Made by a program: the position numbers and the translations under genes. Shown one piece after another: positions 9,287 to 18,940 of a stretch of 64,000 bases of DNA. The notes below the pieces were generated by a model. That model had not been told where the DNA came from, did no database searches, and worked only from the letters and a program-made list of their open reading frames with translations. The stretch lies in sequence record OQ411014.1. One strand, written 5' to 3'. Source of the stretch: Escherichia phage EJP2. Position 1 is the first letter of the stretch. Every line of letters starts with the position of its first letter.

Positions 9287-9720
9287 TCAATTATGAAGCA
9301 GTACTGAAATCATTTATACACTGGTTGAACGACGATATCGTATACAAAACCATTGTGCGTACTAGAAATGATGAATACATTCCTATTCAGTATTTGGATA
9401 AGAATGAAGATATCTTCTTAGATAATGAAAACCTACATTACAGTTATCAACACTGGGAATTGAACACAACTACCCAAGCTGAAAGCCTGACTTCGTACTT
9501 TGGTATTGATATAAATCGTGATGGTTCTATTGTTATATTATATAATCCATCAGGAAGTGTACGTGATAAAACTCCACCTGCACGATTTAATATTAGTACT
9601 ACAGAAGAGGAATTATTCCAACTTAGTACTATCCAAGAGGATTATGACGTAACGATGGAAGTACTGAAAGAGTTTGCTAAACTGCACGAGAAATATTTTG
9701 GGAACCTAGACGATGTGTAA
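9283..9720 (+). CDS. FFQ-motif family protein
   Basis: ORF track; C-terminal TTEEELFQLST. Confidence 0.55.
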   Translation: MINYEAVLKSFIHWLNDDIVYKTIVRTRNDEYIPIQYLDKNEDIFLDNENLHYSYQHWELNTTTQAESLTSYFGIDINRDGSIVILYNPSGSVRDKTPPARFNISTTEEELFQLSTIQEDYDVTMEVLKEFAKLHEKYFGNLDDV

Positions 9721-10159
9721 TAGATATAACATAAAGATGATCCAACGTGGATTTGATGTGTTTAAAAATATCATTGCAGCTTATAGGTTCTTGATGGAAG
9801 TTGATAATCTTTCTGAACTTGACTTATGTAATGATTTCTGTATAATTGATGATGCTGGTAATCGCAATACTGCATCAGCCACTATAGACGATGATAGAAT
9901 AATTTTCTCATTTGACGCTGCTGGTGTTATAGTTGATAACAATGAACTGATTTACACGGAATGTCTATATGATGATTCTGGACATAAAATCAAGTTCATC
10001 GTGAAGAATCCGAAATTCATTGTAAATGAAGAAACATTCTTCCAAGCGAGTATGTTGTATGATTTGTCTGATGTGAAAAGTTACGAATGGTTTGTAACTA
10101 TTATGCAAACATATGATTTCGTTATGGATTTCATGAAAATGGATTTTGAACAATACTAG
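9713..10159 (+). CDS. FFQ-motif family protein (tandem paralog)
   Basis: ORF track; C-terminal VNEETFFQASMLYDLSDV nearly identical to next gene. Confidence 0.55.
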   Translation: MCNRYNIKMIQRGFDVFKNIIAAYRFLMEVDNLSELDLCNDFCIIDDAGNRNTASATIDDDRIIFSFDAAGVIVDNNELIYTECLYDDSGHKIKFIVKNPKFIVNEETFFQASMLYDLSDVKSYEWFVTIMQTYDFVMDFMKMDFEQY

Positions 10160-10167
10160 GACTTAAA

Positions 10168-10572
10168 ATGATTGATCTTCAGAAACTGCTAATGGTTCAG
10201 TATGGTTTTGATGTGTTGTCGAGTAGTGATTTATCGAACGTGAATTTGAAAGATTTTGAATTCATTATCAGAGATGCAAACAATAACAGTACTGATGCTT
10301 ATGCGTCAATTCATAACGAAAGCGTTGATTTCACATTCAATGATTGTTCTGTGTATGTTGATGCTACAGAAATCGAAATCGTTTACCGTGTATATAGTGA
10401 AAACTACGCGGACGATATCGAATATATCCTTTGTATTGAAAATCCAACTTATATAGTGAATGAAGAAACTTTCTTCCAGGCTAGTACACTTCAAGATTTA
10501 TCAGAAGTTCCTGGGTATGAGTGGATTGTTTCTATTATGCAAATGTACAAAAATATTATTACTAAGGTATAA
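10168..10572 (+). CDS. FFQ-motif family protein (tandem paralog)
   Basis: ORF track; C-terminal VNEETFFQASTLQDLSEV; TAGGA RBS. Confidence 0.55.
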   Translation: MIDLQKLLMVQYGFDVLSSSDLSNVNLKDFEFIIRDANNNSTDAYASIHNESVDFTFNDCSVYVDATEIEIVYRVYSENYADDIEYILCIENPTYIVNEETFFQASTLQDLSEVPGYEWIVSIMQMYKNIITKV

Positions 10573-10573
10573 T

Positions 10574-11092
10574 ATGAAAGAGCTTATTGAACGTGTAGAT
10601 TTCTTTGAACTGATTGCATTGGAATTTGATCCAGAATGTACTGATATTCTTTCAGATGTACCAATCTTCCCTATTGAAAACGATGATGGTACTTCATCGT
10701 ACTTAGAAGATTACGAAGATTATTTGCGTAGCTTCTGTCCAACATCAAACGATAAAGTGCATCTCTTTACTGAAATTATTCATGTACAATACAATACAAA
10801 TAATAAAGAAATTGTATTATGTGCAATGGATACATTCAACAGTACTGAAGCTGGTATTGCACGTGAGTATGCTAAACTATATCTCATTGATACAGGTGAG
10901 TATTGTAAACTTACCATCAAGGAAAATTCATTTATATTCAATAACAAAGAATATAAGCTAGGTACTACTGAAGAAGAGAACTTCCAGATTTCATGTACTG
11001 ACATGGGTTACTTCAATAATGTAGTAAATGAAGTAAAGAAATTTATTCTTCAAGATATTGACAAGAATGGATTACCTGAGTATAATAAATAA
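10574..11092 (+). CDS. FFQ-motif family protein
   Basis: ORF track 10460..11092 trimmed to ATG after TAAGGT RBS (track start overlaps upstream gene by >100 nt); motif TTEEENFQISC. Confidence 0.5.
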   Translation: MKELIERVDFFELIALEFDPECTDILSDVPIFPIENDDGTSSYLEDYEDYLRSFCPTSNDKVHLFTEIIHVQYNTNNKEIVLCAMDTFNSTEAGIAREYAKLYLIDTGEYCKLTIKENSFIFNNKEYKLGTTEEENFQISCTDMGYFNNVVNEVKKFILQDIDKNGLPEYNK

Positions 11093-11101
11093 CAGAATTA
11101 C

Positions 11102-11191
11102 AGAAGGTTGGCAGAGCGGCTAAATGCACTCGCCTACTAAGCGAGCACTCGCTCCGGCGAGTCGAGGGTTCGAATCCCCCACCTTCTGCCA
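11102..11191 (+). tRNA. type II tRNA with unusual anticodon loop (apparent anticodon ACU; identity uncertain)
   Basis: Acceptor AGAAGGT/ACCTTCT, T-loop GGTTCGAATCC, long variable arm, encoded CCA; anticodon stem CTCGC/GCGAG with loop CTACTAA. Confidence 0.6.
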
Positions 11192-11204
11192 TATTAGGAT
11201 TTCA

Positions 11205-11594
11205 ATGATGACAATGCATGTGTACGATGAGTATGAAGAACGTATAAAACATGAAATCCAAAGTTATTTGGATGGTGTCAATAAAAAATTGAAATACAGT
11301 TCGGGTAAACGTTTTCAATCATTCACCCTAGAATACATGGATTGTGATGATTATAAACAACGCAGAATAACTATAAAAATTGCAGTTGATCCGAAGTTTA
11401 GTTGTGTGCATTCATCTTTACAGATAGATTCCACTTTTGGTGAAGATGAAGATCAATACTGGAGTGGTTTTTCCTATATACCAGAAAGTGAAGAAAAGCA
11501 CTTTCAAGAAACGTTACTCAATAAACAGATTTTAAGCTGGGATTTATTGCAGTACTTGATTGTTTTCTTCACTAAAATGCAAAATAAAGATTGA
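11205..11594 (+). CDS. FFQ-motif family protein
   Basis: ORF track 11124..11594 trimmed because track start lies inside the tRNA; ATG after AGGAT RBS; motif SEEKHFQETL. Confidence 0.5.
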   Translation: MMTMHVYDEYEERIKHEIQSYLDGVNKKLKYSSGKRFQSFTLEYMDCDDYKQRRITIKIAVDPKFSCVHSSLQIDSTFGEDEDQYWSGFSYIPESEEKHFQETLLNKQILSWDLLQYLIVFFTKMQNKD

Positions 11595-11641
11595 CTGTAC
11601 TGTAATGAACTAGTATTATATTACTTAGAGGATATAAAAAC

Positions 11642-12001
11642 ATGGCAGTTCAGGATTTTTCAAAATATGAAAAGTTTCTTAGAACATTTTTGAATTCCAA
11701 ATTAACATCTTACGATGCAGCACATAGTGAAGATAAACCAGCACGTCGCATTGTAAATGAAAATCAAGATTCATTTATTATTACTAATGATGAAATTATT
11801 TTTGAATCATTTGAAGATATAAAAAGACCTGCAAAACCAACTTTACAAGATATCGTAAATAGCTTAAATGCTAGATACATTACCTTTCAGTTGTGTAATG
11901 ATGAAGAAGATGAATTTCAGAAAAGTACAGTATATGAGAATATCTTTCCACATGAATTAAATTCTGTTATACTTGATATACTGAATAGTACTGAACAGTA
12001 G
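11642..12001 (+). CDS. FFQ-motif family protein
   Basis: ORF track; RBS AGAGGA; promoter TTGACT N17 TATTAT upstream; motif EEDEFQKST. Confidence 0.55.
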   Translation: MAVQDFSKYEKFLRTFLNSKLTSYDAAHSEDKPARRIVNENQDSFIITNDEIIFESFEDIKRPAKPTLQDIVNSLNARYITFQLCNDEEDEFQKSTVYENIFPHELNSVILDILNSTEQ

Positions 12002-12028
12002 ATATCAGTACTGATAAAAGGGTAACAC

Positions 12029-12238
12029 ATGAAAGCACGAGAACTTGCTAAAATTCTGATGGATAATCCCGAAGCTGAAGTTGTTTTGAATGATAATGAA
12101 TCAAATTATCAATTTTCACATATTGCCTGTACTGAAACTTTTTATAAAGATTCGTATGCTGAATCTTGGCAAAACGATGATAACAAAACTATTTCAGAAA
12201 ATGAAAAATTCAAAGTTGATGTAATAGTTTTGTACTGA
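12029..12238 (+). CDS. small protein, MKxxELxxIL N-terminal family
   Basis: ORF track; N-terminus MKARELAKILMDNPEAEVV shared with 13494, 14536 and 16293 genes. Confidence 0.5.
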   Translation: MKARELAKILMDNPEAEVVLNDNESNYQFSHIACTETFYKDSYAESWQNDDNKTISENEKFKVDVIVLY

Positions 12239-12445
12239 TATAATGAATTCCACAATCAGACGTATATGGTGTAAGTTACGTCGATGTAATCCAGAACAAG
12301 ATCTCTGGTACTCTAGGAAGTGGTGAATGTTAACCTAGACGGGTTTGATAATTGGACGATAGGCAATTATTACTTGACTAGCAGGTTTAAACTAGAGGTG
12401 ACAGTCCTTCACCAAACTGGAAAACCGGATGGACTTTTTAATTTA

Positions 12446-12540
<95 letters not shown>

Positions 12541-12607
12541 TATTGTTCCGAAAAGAATCGAGTTCTAAGATTTGTGATAACTTGTCTTAGTATAAGATTT
12601 TGTGTAA

Positions 12608-12686
<79 letters not shown>

Positions 12687-12695
12687 TCCAAATTC

Positions 12696-12769
12696 GGCCC
12701 TTTAGCTCAGTTGGTTAGAGCAGAGAACTCATAATTCTTTGGTCACTGGTTCGAGTCCAGTAGGGGCCA
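12696..12769 (+). tRNA. tRNA-Met (anticodon CAU; could equally be a lysidine-modified tRNA-Ile)
   Basis: Acceptor GGCCCTT/AGGGGCC, D-arm AGCTCAGTTGGTTAGAGC, anticodon loop CTCATAA, T-loop GGTTCGAGTCC; CCA not encoded. Confidence 0.8.
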
Positions 12770-12785
12770 TTAACAAGGAAACAAA

Positions 12786-12971
12786 ATGCAACTTTTCATT
12801 CTTTCTGTATTGTATATTATGATAATGATTCCATTATCAATACGTCTAATTGCAGTAGAGGGATTTTTATCGAAACATGGACATAGATCTATGATCTTAG
12901 TTCCTATTGGTTTGATACTGTTTGGTATTGTTGCATTTATCATGGGAATTAAAGCTGCATTCTTTTCATAG
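12786..12971 (+). CDS. small membrane protein (61 aa)
   Basis: ORF track; AAGGAA RBS; two hydrophobic helices. Confidence 0.5.
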   Translation: MQLFILSVLYIMIMIPLSIRLIAVEGFLSKHGHRSMILVPIGLILFGIVAFIMGIKAAFFS

Positions 12972-12980
12972 GAAACAACA

Positions 12981-13238
12981 ATGACATATTTCTTGATTCA
13001 AAGCGATGCGGATGATGAAGTAATCGCAAAAACTAAAATCGATATTGATAACTACCGTACAGTACTGGAAGCTATTCACTACTATGATGTGCGTTTACCA
13101 AGCAATGTCAACGAAATCAAAAACTGGATTGAACTGGGTGAATACAAAATTGAATCTTTATCCATTTCAGGTGATGAGTTAGAAGAAGATGGTTTCCTTA
13201 CAGAAACTATGTACTTGACTATTGAAAACGAGTTCTAA
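12981..13238 (+). CDS. hypothetical protein (85 aa)
   Basis: ORF track. Confidence 0.5.
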   Translation: MTYFLIQSDADDEVIAKTKIDIDNYRTVLEAIHYYDVRLPSNVNEIKNWIELGEYKIESLSISGDELEEDGFLTETMYLTIENEF

Positions 13239-13255
13239 CTCACGGGGAATAACGA

Positions 13256-13507
13256 ATGTTATCAGTATATGTTGTAATATCAATGTCGATTGTCATTTCA
13301 CTTATTCTCATGGTTATCATTTACGATACACTGGTAACACTTAACATCGTTGATGGTACACGTATCAGTACTGGACTATTCGGTTGGCATGTGTTAGCAT
13401 TCATGCTTTCATTTCTACCATTTATCAATCTAGTATGGTTGATGGTTATTATCGTCCATATCCGAAACATGCGTAAAGACACTGGGAAATCAAATGAAAA
13501 AGAATGA
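13256..13507 (+). CDS. small membrane protein (83 aa)
   Basis: ORF track; hydrophobic. Confidence 0.5.
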   Translation: MLSVYVVISMSIVISLILMVIIYDTLVTLNIVDGTRISTGLFGWHVLAFMLSFLPFINLVWLMVIIVHIRNMRKDTGKSNEKE

Positions 13508-13895
13508 CTTGATCAAAATGCTCCAAGAGATTGACGGCAATCCAGAGATTGTTATTTGGAATGGCTATGTCGATGATTATATGAACATCGAAAAAGGCTT
13601 GACTAAAATCACTCTAGTCAAAGAAACTGAACAGTTCCTTCTGAACGCATTAGAACACGAATGGTGCGAACGTAACAAGACATTCGACATACCAGAAGAC
13701 CAACGAACTAAGATTGCTGAACGGGCAAAAGAACTTCATAAGAAACGTGAATACGATTTCCAGAACCCATATGTTACTGAAGAAGAATTCAATCACTGGT
13801 ACGGAAAGAAAAAGTTGACAAAGTATGTCCTTTCACCTAAACTACGTGGTAAGACTTCACTTGGTGTATTCAACGCTTCTGACTTGGACTACTAA
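13494..13895 (+). CDS. MKxxDLxxML N-terminal family protein (133 aa)
   Basis: ORF track; N-terminus MKKNDLIKMLQEIDGNPEIVIW. Confidence 0.5.
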   Translation: MKKNDLIKMLQEIDGNPEIVIWNGYVDDYMNIEKGLTKITLVKETEQFLLNALEHEWCERNKTFDIPEDQRTKIAERAKELHKKREYDFQNPYVTEEEFNHWYGKKKLTKYVLSPKLRGKTSLGVFNASDLDY

Positions 13896-13906
13896 GGAAA
13901 AATAAA

Positions 13907-14227
13907 ATGATGTGGTATTCTAACGTACCGTGTGAACCTAAATATATTCAGATTTCACATAATGCACTGAAAGCGTTCTGTGATAATTGCAGTACTAAAG
14001 ATTATCACTTCGAAGACTTCAGAACGTTGATTTATGACCATCACTGTCAGCCAGCAACCAAAGATGGTATGTTTGTAATTGAACAATTCTTTCATGGTAA
14101 AGTATTGCAAATTGTTGCTGATTATCTGAAAGCAATGGGATATATTATCAAAGATGATTATCTTGATTTGGAAGGTGAATGCATTGTTGATGGTTATGAT
14201 GGTGTACTGATGAATTGGACATGGTGA
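13907..14227 (+). CDS. hypothetical protein (106 aa)
   Basis: ORF track; TAAGGAA RBS. Confidence 0.5.
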   Translation: MMWYSNVPCEPKYIQISHNALKAFCDNCSTKDYHFEDFRTLIYDHHCQPATKDGMFVIEQFFHGKVLQIVADYLKAMGYIIKDDYLDLEGECIVDGYDGVLMNWTW

Positions 14228-14231
14228 TGAA

Positions 14232-14534
14232 ATGATTGCAACAATGATGATTGTACTTATCCCAATAGTACTAGTAATTCTAGTTACTTCATATGGTGCA
14301 ACCACAACTATTGAAGATCTAAAAACACATTACGCTATCGTCTTTAGTGAAGCACATGAAGACTTTGGTACAGTACTGACCGATAAGACTTATATTGCAA
14401 CTAAATGTAAGTACTACCGATTCTGGGAACGTTCTGACAAATACCACTACAGAGATGAGAAAGGCGTGAATCAGTACTTAGACGTACTGGATGCATTCTT
14501 GAAACCTTACTATACAGTAACCGAGGTAAAATAA
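14232..14534 (+). CDS. hypothetical protein with N-terminal hydrophobic segment (100 aa)
   Basis: ORF track. Confidence 0.5.
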   Translation: MIATMMIVLIPIVLVILVTSYGATTTIEDLKTHYAIVFSEAHEDFGTVLTDKTYIATKCKYYRFWERSDKYHYRDEKGVNQYLDVLDAFLKPYYTVTEVK

Positions 14535-14535
14535 C

Positions 14536-14751
14536 GTGAAAGCTAAAGATTTGATTTCAATTTTACAGAAAAACCCAGAAGCAGATATTCTTATTCATGC
14601 TTCGCCTTATGATGACTATGCGATTGGTAGTTGCGAAACTGCTCATTCATATCAAGCAGGGGACACCGCTGTTGAAGAGTCTGGTGAAGATTTTTCGGAT
14701 TCATTTGATGAAGATGGAAAACTCTTAGTACCAGTCATCATCCTCTCATAA
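14536..14751 (+). CDS. MKxxDLxxIL N-terminal family protein (71 aa)
   Basis: ORF track (GTG start, GAGGT RBS); N-terminus MKAKDLISILQKNPEADIL. Confidence 0.5.
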   Translation: MKAKDLISILQKNPEADILIHASPYDDYAIGSCETAHSYQAGDTAVEESGEDFSDSFDEDGKLLVPVIILS

Positions 14752-14840
14752 AAGAACGAAATGTAGACGGTCGTATTCAGTACTGAGTCACCAGGGGAGG
14801 TTGTGATTCCCGATTCAGTAGCTTATAAAGCAGTTCCGTG

Positions 14841-14941
<101 letters not shown>

Positions 14942-14960
14942 AGAGGTACTTCGAGTATGC

Positions 14961-15087
<127 letters not shown>

Positions 15088-15088
15088 A

Positions 15089-15135
<47 letters not shown>

Positions 15136-15232
15136 GTTAGATAAAGGTAAGAGTAAAAAATAATACAGTAAGATAACCTCCCCTCAATGCGAAAGAGTAT
15201 GGAGACTTGTTGGTTATCTTACTTCCTAAATA

Positions 15233-15294
15233 GCCGTTTAGCTCAGTTGGTAGAGCAAACACCTAGGTCGTCTGTTCGAGTCAGATAAACTGCA
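15233..15294 (+). pseudogene. tRNA-like element lacking an anticodon arm (degenerate tRNA or tRNA-derived RNA)
   Basis: Canonical D-arm TAGCTCAGTTGGTAGAGC and T-arm GTCTG-TTCGAGT-CAGAT with a 6/7 paired acceptor, but only 13 nt (containing palindrome ACCTAGGT) where the anticodon arm should be. Confidence 0.45.
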
Positions 15295-15311
15295 CAAAAT
15301 AAAGGTACAAT

Positions 15312-15728
15312 ATGGAATACAACATTGTTAAAATGGTGAACTACGTATTAAAAAACAACACATGGTCACTCTATGATGTACAAATAGAAGATATTGGTGA
15401 AGTTAGAGTATTTTGTTATGATCCAGATTTGTATGAAACCACAGATTTGAGTAAATGTTTTAATATTTTTCTTGGTTATGAAATCAATAATCATTTTTAT
15501 TCATTTGATGTGTATTTTGAACGAGTTATAATCAGAATTACTAATGTAGATAATGATTATTTTGACACTGAAATTATATTGAATTTTAACGATATTGATA
15601 CAGAAGAAAAATTCTTCCAGTACTCTTTAGTTAACGACACAATGGGATTGTCATTTGAGGACATTGAAGCTATACTTAAAGTTCAAAGTTCAATTTCAGA
15701 AGAGGTTCTAAATCCGTTAAATGTCTAG
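15312..15728 (+). CDS. FFQ-motif family protein
   Basis: ORF track; motif DTEEKFFQYSL. Confidence 0.55.
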   Translation: MEYNIVKMVNYVLKNNTWSLYDVQIEDIGEVRVFCYDPDLYETTDLSKCFNIFLGYEINNHFYSFDVYFERVIIRITNVDNDYFDTEIILNFNDIDTEEKFFQYSLVNDTMGLSFEDIEAILKVQSSISEEVLNPLNV

Positions 15729-15933
15729 AACAGTTTACAAGCACAATGGTGTAGTTTACATTACTGACAATGCTGGAACGTGGATTGTTAATAAAGGTAA
15801 TGCACCAAACCCGTACTCAATTGGTAGTGAGTTTTTATTGAAAAGGACATGGATTGCCACAGACAATATGTGCAAGTGCGGTGAGTACAGTACATATGAA
15901 GAAGCAATGAACCGTGTTCGTTCTATTATGTAA
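15721..15933 (+). CDS. hypothetical protein (70 aa)
   Basis: ORF track. Confidence 0.5.
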   Translation: MSRTVYKHNGVVYITDNAGTWIVNKGNAPNPYSIGSEFLLKRTWIATDNMCKCGEYSTYEEAMNRVRSIM

Positions 15934-15944
15934 TAGGAGATTTT

Positions 15945-16136
15945 ATGATTTGGAATTTAGCATGTTTATTTGGTCGTACATTCGTACTGGCAATTATCCA
16001 CACTCCTGGTATTCGTAATTTCGTTTCGTATGAATTCAAAGAAGCATACCATAACAACACTGAGCCTCGTCTTATTCGTATGAGTAAAGACTTTAACGTT
16101 CCTGTACAAAAATTCAAAAAGTACAGCGACGAATAA
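15945..16136 (+). CDS. hypothetical protein (63 aa)
   Basis: ORF track; TAGGAG RBS. Confidence 0.5.
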   Translation: MIWNLACLFGRTFVLAIIHTPGIRNFVSYEFKEAYHNNTEPRLIRMSKDFNVPVQKFKKYSDE

Positions 16137-16292
16137 TATAACAAATTTGAACAATTCAATCCGAACTAGTACTGATAGAACAAGCACTTACGGCTGTAAA
16201 CTGGGGTTCAGTACAAACCCCTTCAGGTACAGAGTGCAACAGATTGATGACAAAAGGTATCCTTCGTCACGTTCAACCCATAAGGACAACCC

Positions 16293-16658
16293 ATGAATGT
16301 AAAAGACCTCATGGCGATTTTAACTCGCCTTGACCCTGAAACTGAAGTAGTTATTGACGTTCAGGTTCCATATGACTCAATCGGTCCTACACCTAGTGTA
16401 GCTATCAAACACGCAGTAAAAGGATTTGATTGGGATAATGGTACAGTACGTTTATGTACTGAGCAGAAGTTAGTACTGTTCAATGAAGAGCAATATAAAC
16501 ATTTCTGTGTAATGAAGACTGAAGCTCGTAAAGAACGTTCAGATGCATGGAATAAACTAAACATCAGGAGTATGTCCTATGAAGAGTCCATTGAAGTTTC
16601 TAAGGACATTGATAAAAATGTACACCCTCTATTCAAAGGTTCTTACAATGAAAGATAA
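16293..16658 (+). CDS. MxxKDLxxIL N-terminal family protein (121 aa)
   Basis: ORF track; TAAGGA RBS; N-terminus MNVKDLMAILTRLDPETEVVI. Confidence 0.55.
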   Translation: MNVKDLMAILTRLDPETEVVIDVQVPYDSIGPTPSVAIKHAVKGFDWDNGTVRLCTEQKLVLFNEEQYKHFCVMKTEARKERSDAWNKLNIRSMSYEESIEVSKDIDKNVHPLFKGSYNER

Positions 16659-16877
16659 GAAATTCAATACAAAACGGTTTATCAGTCCAGAAGTAAAAGC
16701 TCGTCTAATCGAGATGTTGAAAAAGAAATAATCAATAATACCTATCATCTAATATCAGTACTACCAGGCGAGGTTCTACGTTTGCAGTACTGACAGGATA
16801 CCTCGTTCGCCAGTGGTGGGTTCGGGGGATGTACGTAAAGTCGTACTGGGTATGCCAAATGTGATATGGAGAGAAAC

Positions 16878-17357
16878 ATGGAATTAAGTTTAAAGCACCA
16901 GAATGCTCTGAAACGAGTAATGGACCATATCAAAACGAACAAGTCACTTTCTATGAGTACGTATGATTCCTTCCACAAAACAACACAAGTGTGGGCGAGT
17001 GATTCATTCGATAACTCGAAAGATAAAAGTAATTCTTGTATAGAAGATACTGATGGTGTAATATATGTAAATCTAAAGTACTCAAATTTTGAAGAAATGT
17101 ATATGTATATCGACATCAGAGATATGGTGGTTAACATTTCATATGCATATGATGAAGACATTGCTGCATTGAAACATGAATCGGAGATAACAAATGATTA
17201 TTGGTATGCTGATTTCACTGTTCCGATATTTGAAAAAGAAGAAGAATATTTCCAGTACTTAACTACTGAAGAGAATCCTTTGTCTATAGAAGAAAACAAA
17301 ATGTTTATTGATTTTGTTGTTGAATTTTATAAAAGAAAAGAAAAACATATTCGTTGA
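16878..17357 (+). CDS. FFQ-motif family protein
   Basis: ORF track 16866..17357, second in-frame ATG preferred (GGAGAG RBS); motif KEEEYFQYL. Confidence 0.55.
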   Translation: MELSLKHQNALKRVMDHIKTNKSLSMSTYDSFHKTTQVWASDSFDNSKDKSNSCIEDTDGVIYVNLKYSNFEEMYMYIDIRDMVVNISYAYDEDIAALKHESEITNDYWYADFTVPIFEKEEEYFQYLTTEENPLSIEENKMFIDFVVEFYKRKEKHIR

Positions 17358-17382
17358 CACATGACCTGTACTTGAGTATAAT
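17354..17382 (+). promoter_or_regulatory. sigma70-type promoter TTGACA N17 TATAAT with hairpin spanning the -10
   Basis: Inverted repeat ACCTGTACT/AGTACAGGT encloses the -10 and is followed by a T-run. Confidence 0.5.
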
Positions 17383-17417
17383 CAGTACAGGTTTTTTTAT
17401 TGTCAAAAGGTGAAGAC

Positions 17418-17885
17418 ATGACAGCCCAAACTATAGCAAAGCACTTTCAACAGGAATGTGAAACGTTCAGGACATTTAAAATTGACAACTGGTTAGGTCC
17501 AGATGGTAAGCCAACTGTAGATTTCAATGCTAGTGGTGAAGGAATTACTAATTACTACGCCCCGAACTATAAACCATCTGTAGGTTTAGCACAGACTATA
17601 TACATCGGCAATTATGCAACATCTATTGGTGTAGTTGGTGGTGATGGAACAGGTGATATTGAACTGGATTTGAGTTATTATTACGAAACCAGTACTCTGA
17701 AGATTCACTACAGTTATACTAACGCCAATGACTACGGTCAGATTGAAACGAAAATTAGCGGTACTGAAGAAGATTACTTTCAACAAAGTACAATTCATGA
17801 GAAGCTATTCTCGCTGGAGTTCGAAAAAGAAATGTACGAATTCTTTCAAGAAGTCAAGAAACATTTCGCATATAAATCTAGGTGA
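17418..17885 (+). CDS. FFQ-motif family protein
   Basis: ORF track 17400..17885 (TTG) trimmed to ATG with GGTGA RBS; motif GTEEDYFQQST. Confidence 0.55.
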   Translation: MTAQTIAKHFQQECETFRTFKIDNWLGPDGKPTVDFNASGEGITNYYAPNYKPSVGLAQTIYIGNYATSIGVVGGDGTGDIELDLSYYYETSTLKIHYSYTNANDYGQIETKISGTEEDYFQQSTIHEKLFSLEFEKEMYEFFQEVKKHFAYKSR

Positions 17886-17888
17886 CAT

Positions 17889-18302
17889 ATGAGTAAGTTA
17901 TTTGAAGAGTTATTAGACATGCTCGTTCAAGGGGCATATGATTTGGGTACGTTCTCTGCTGAAGAACATGCACGGAAATTCCGCTACGGCCTGACTAGTT
18001 CTTCTATGATCGTCGGGACGTACGCAGTGTTTGCACCTGATTCGTCCTTTAGTCTCAAAAGTGAAGCATATACTATTGACAAAGACGTATTGAAACTACC
18101 TAACGGTACTAAGATTCCACACAAAGAGTGCCAAACAGAAGAACAGTACTTCCAATTTAGTTTATTAGAGAATACTCTGGACCTGGAGTACCATGAATAC
18201 GCGTACGTTGTGAAGAAATATAAAACTCTACAATTCACTGCGAATCGCAAGATTTATCATTACAACAATTTATCACATAACAGTTTAGTTGCGAGGTACT
18301 AA
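17889..18302 (+). CDS. FFQ-motif family protein
   Basis: ORF track; motif QTEEQYFQFSL. Confidence 0.55.
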   Translation: MSKLFEELLDMLVQGAYDLGTFSAEEHARKFRYGLTSSSMIVGTYAVFAPDSSFSLKSEAYTIDKDVLKLPNGTKIPHKECQTEEQYFQFSLLENTLDLEYHEYAYVVKKYKTLQFTANRKIYHYNNLSHNSLVARY

Positions 18303-18700
18303 TGATGTGGACTATCAATGTAAAATATCAAACTGGGGATAGCTTTGGTTCTTCTGAATCTGAAGATACTATCCCTGTTGTGTGGGAAAACTTGGCATTA
18401 GCTAAAGAAGCACTACAGGCGATCCGTAATCACAACACAGCGGCGAATGAAATCGATAACGCAAGAAACCGTGAAGCAAAAATTGCATCCATGATGAAAT
18501 ACAATGCTGAGTACTGGTTCCTTCCATCAGAGAACCTGACAGGCCAGCACTGGGACTACAACTTAGCAGTACTGAACGATGATCGAATCCCTACTATTAT
18601 TCATGCTTTCTGGCGTGGATACTTTGAGCGTATTATTTGTGCTAAGATTGTGAAGTACACTGAAGATGATGAAGATGATGGTATGGAAATTTATTTCTAG
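18302..18700 (+). CDS. hypothetical protein (132 aa)
   Basis: ORF track; overlapping start/stop. Confidence 0.55.
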   Translation: MMWTINVKYQTGDSFGSSESEDTIPVVWENLALAKEALQAIRNHNTAANEIDNARNREAKIASMMKYNAEYWFLPSENLTGQHWDYNLAVLNDDRIPTIIHAFWRGYFERIICAKIVKYTEDDEDDGMEIYF

Positions 18701-18728
18701 TTGACAACGCATTCAGTACTGATATAAT
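18701..18728 (+). promoter_or_regulatory. sigma70-type promoter TTGACA N16 TATAAT with TCAGTACTGA in spacer
   Basis: Spacer and -10 context TTCAGTACTGATATAAT is identical to the promoter at 38714. Confidence 0.55.
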
Positions 18729-18759
18729 GTCAGTACTTTAACCAACTAAGGGTAATGAA

Positions 18760-18939
18760 ATGCAAAAGCAACGTATAGTGAACGTTCCAAAGGCGAATGA
18801 ACCTAATAACCGTGTGTTAGGGTTCGTGGTCGATTCTTCTAAAATTCCAGTAATGGGTTTATTCGAAGAAGAGTTCGAAGAAGAGTGCATTAACTATCTT
18901 CGTTCTAAGGGTTATGTTATTCAGTCCATAGGGGAATGA
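18760..18939 (+). CDS. small hypothetical protein (59 aa)
   Basis: Uninterrupted frame found by hand downstream of promoter; AAGGG RBS; below ORF-track cutoff. Confidence 0.45.
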   Translation: MQKQRIVNVPKANEPNNRVLGFVVDSSKIPVMGLFEEEFEEECINYLRSKGYVIQSIGE

Positions 18940-18940
18940 T

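Noticed and set aside
10460-11092. Long upstream extensions of track ORFs (10460, 11124, 21266, 23376, 35481, 51987, 57732)
   Set aside because: The extensions overlap an upstream gene, a tRNA, or a terminator or promoter hairpin; an internal ATG with a proper ribosome-binding site gives a more plausible start in each case.
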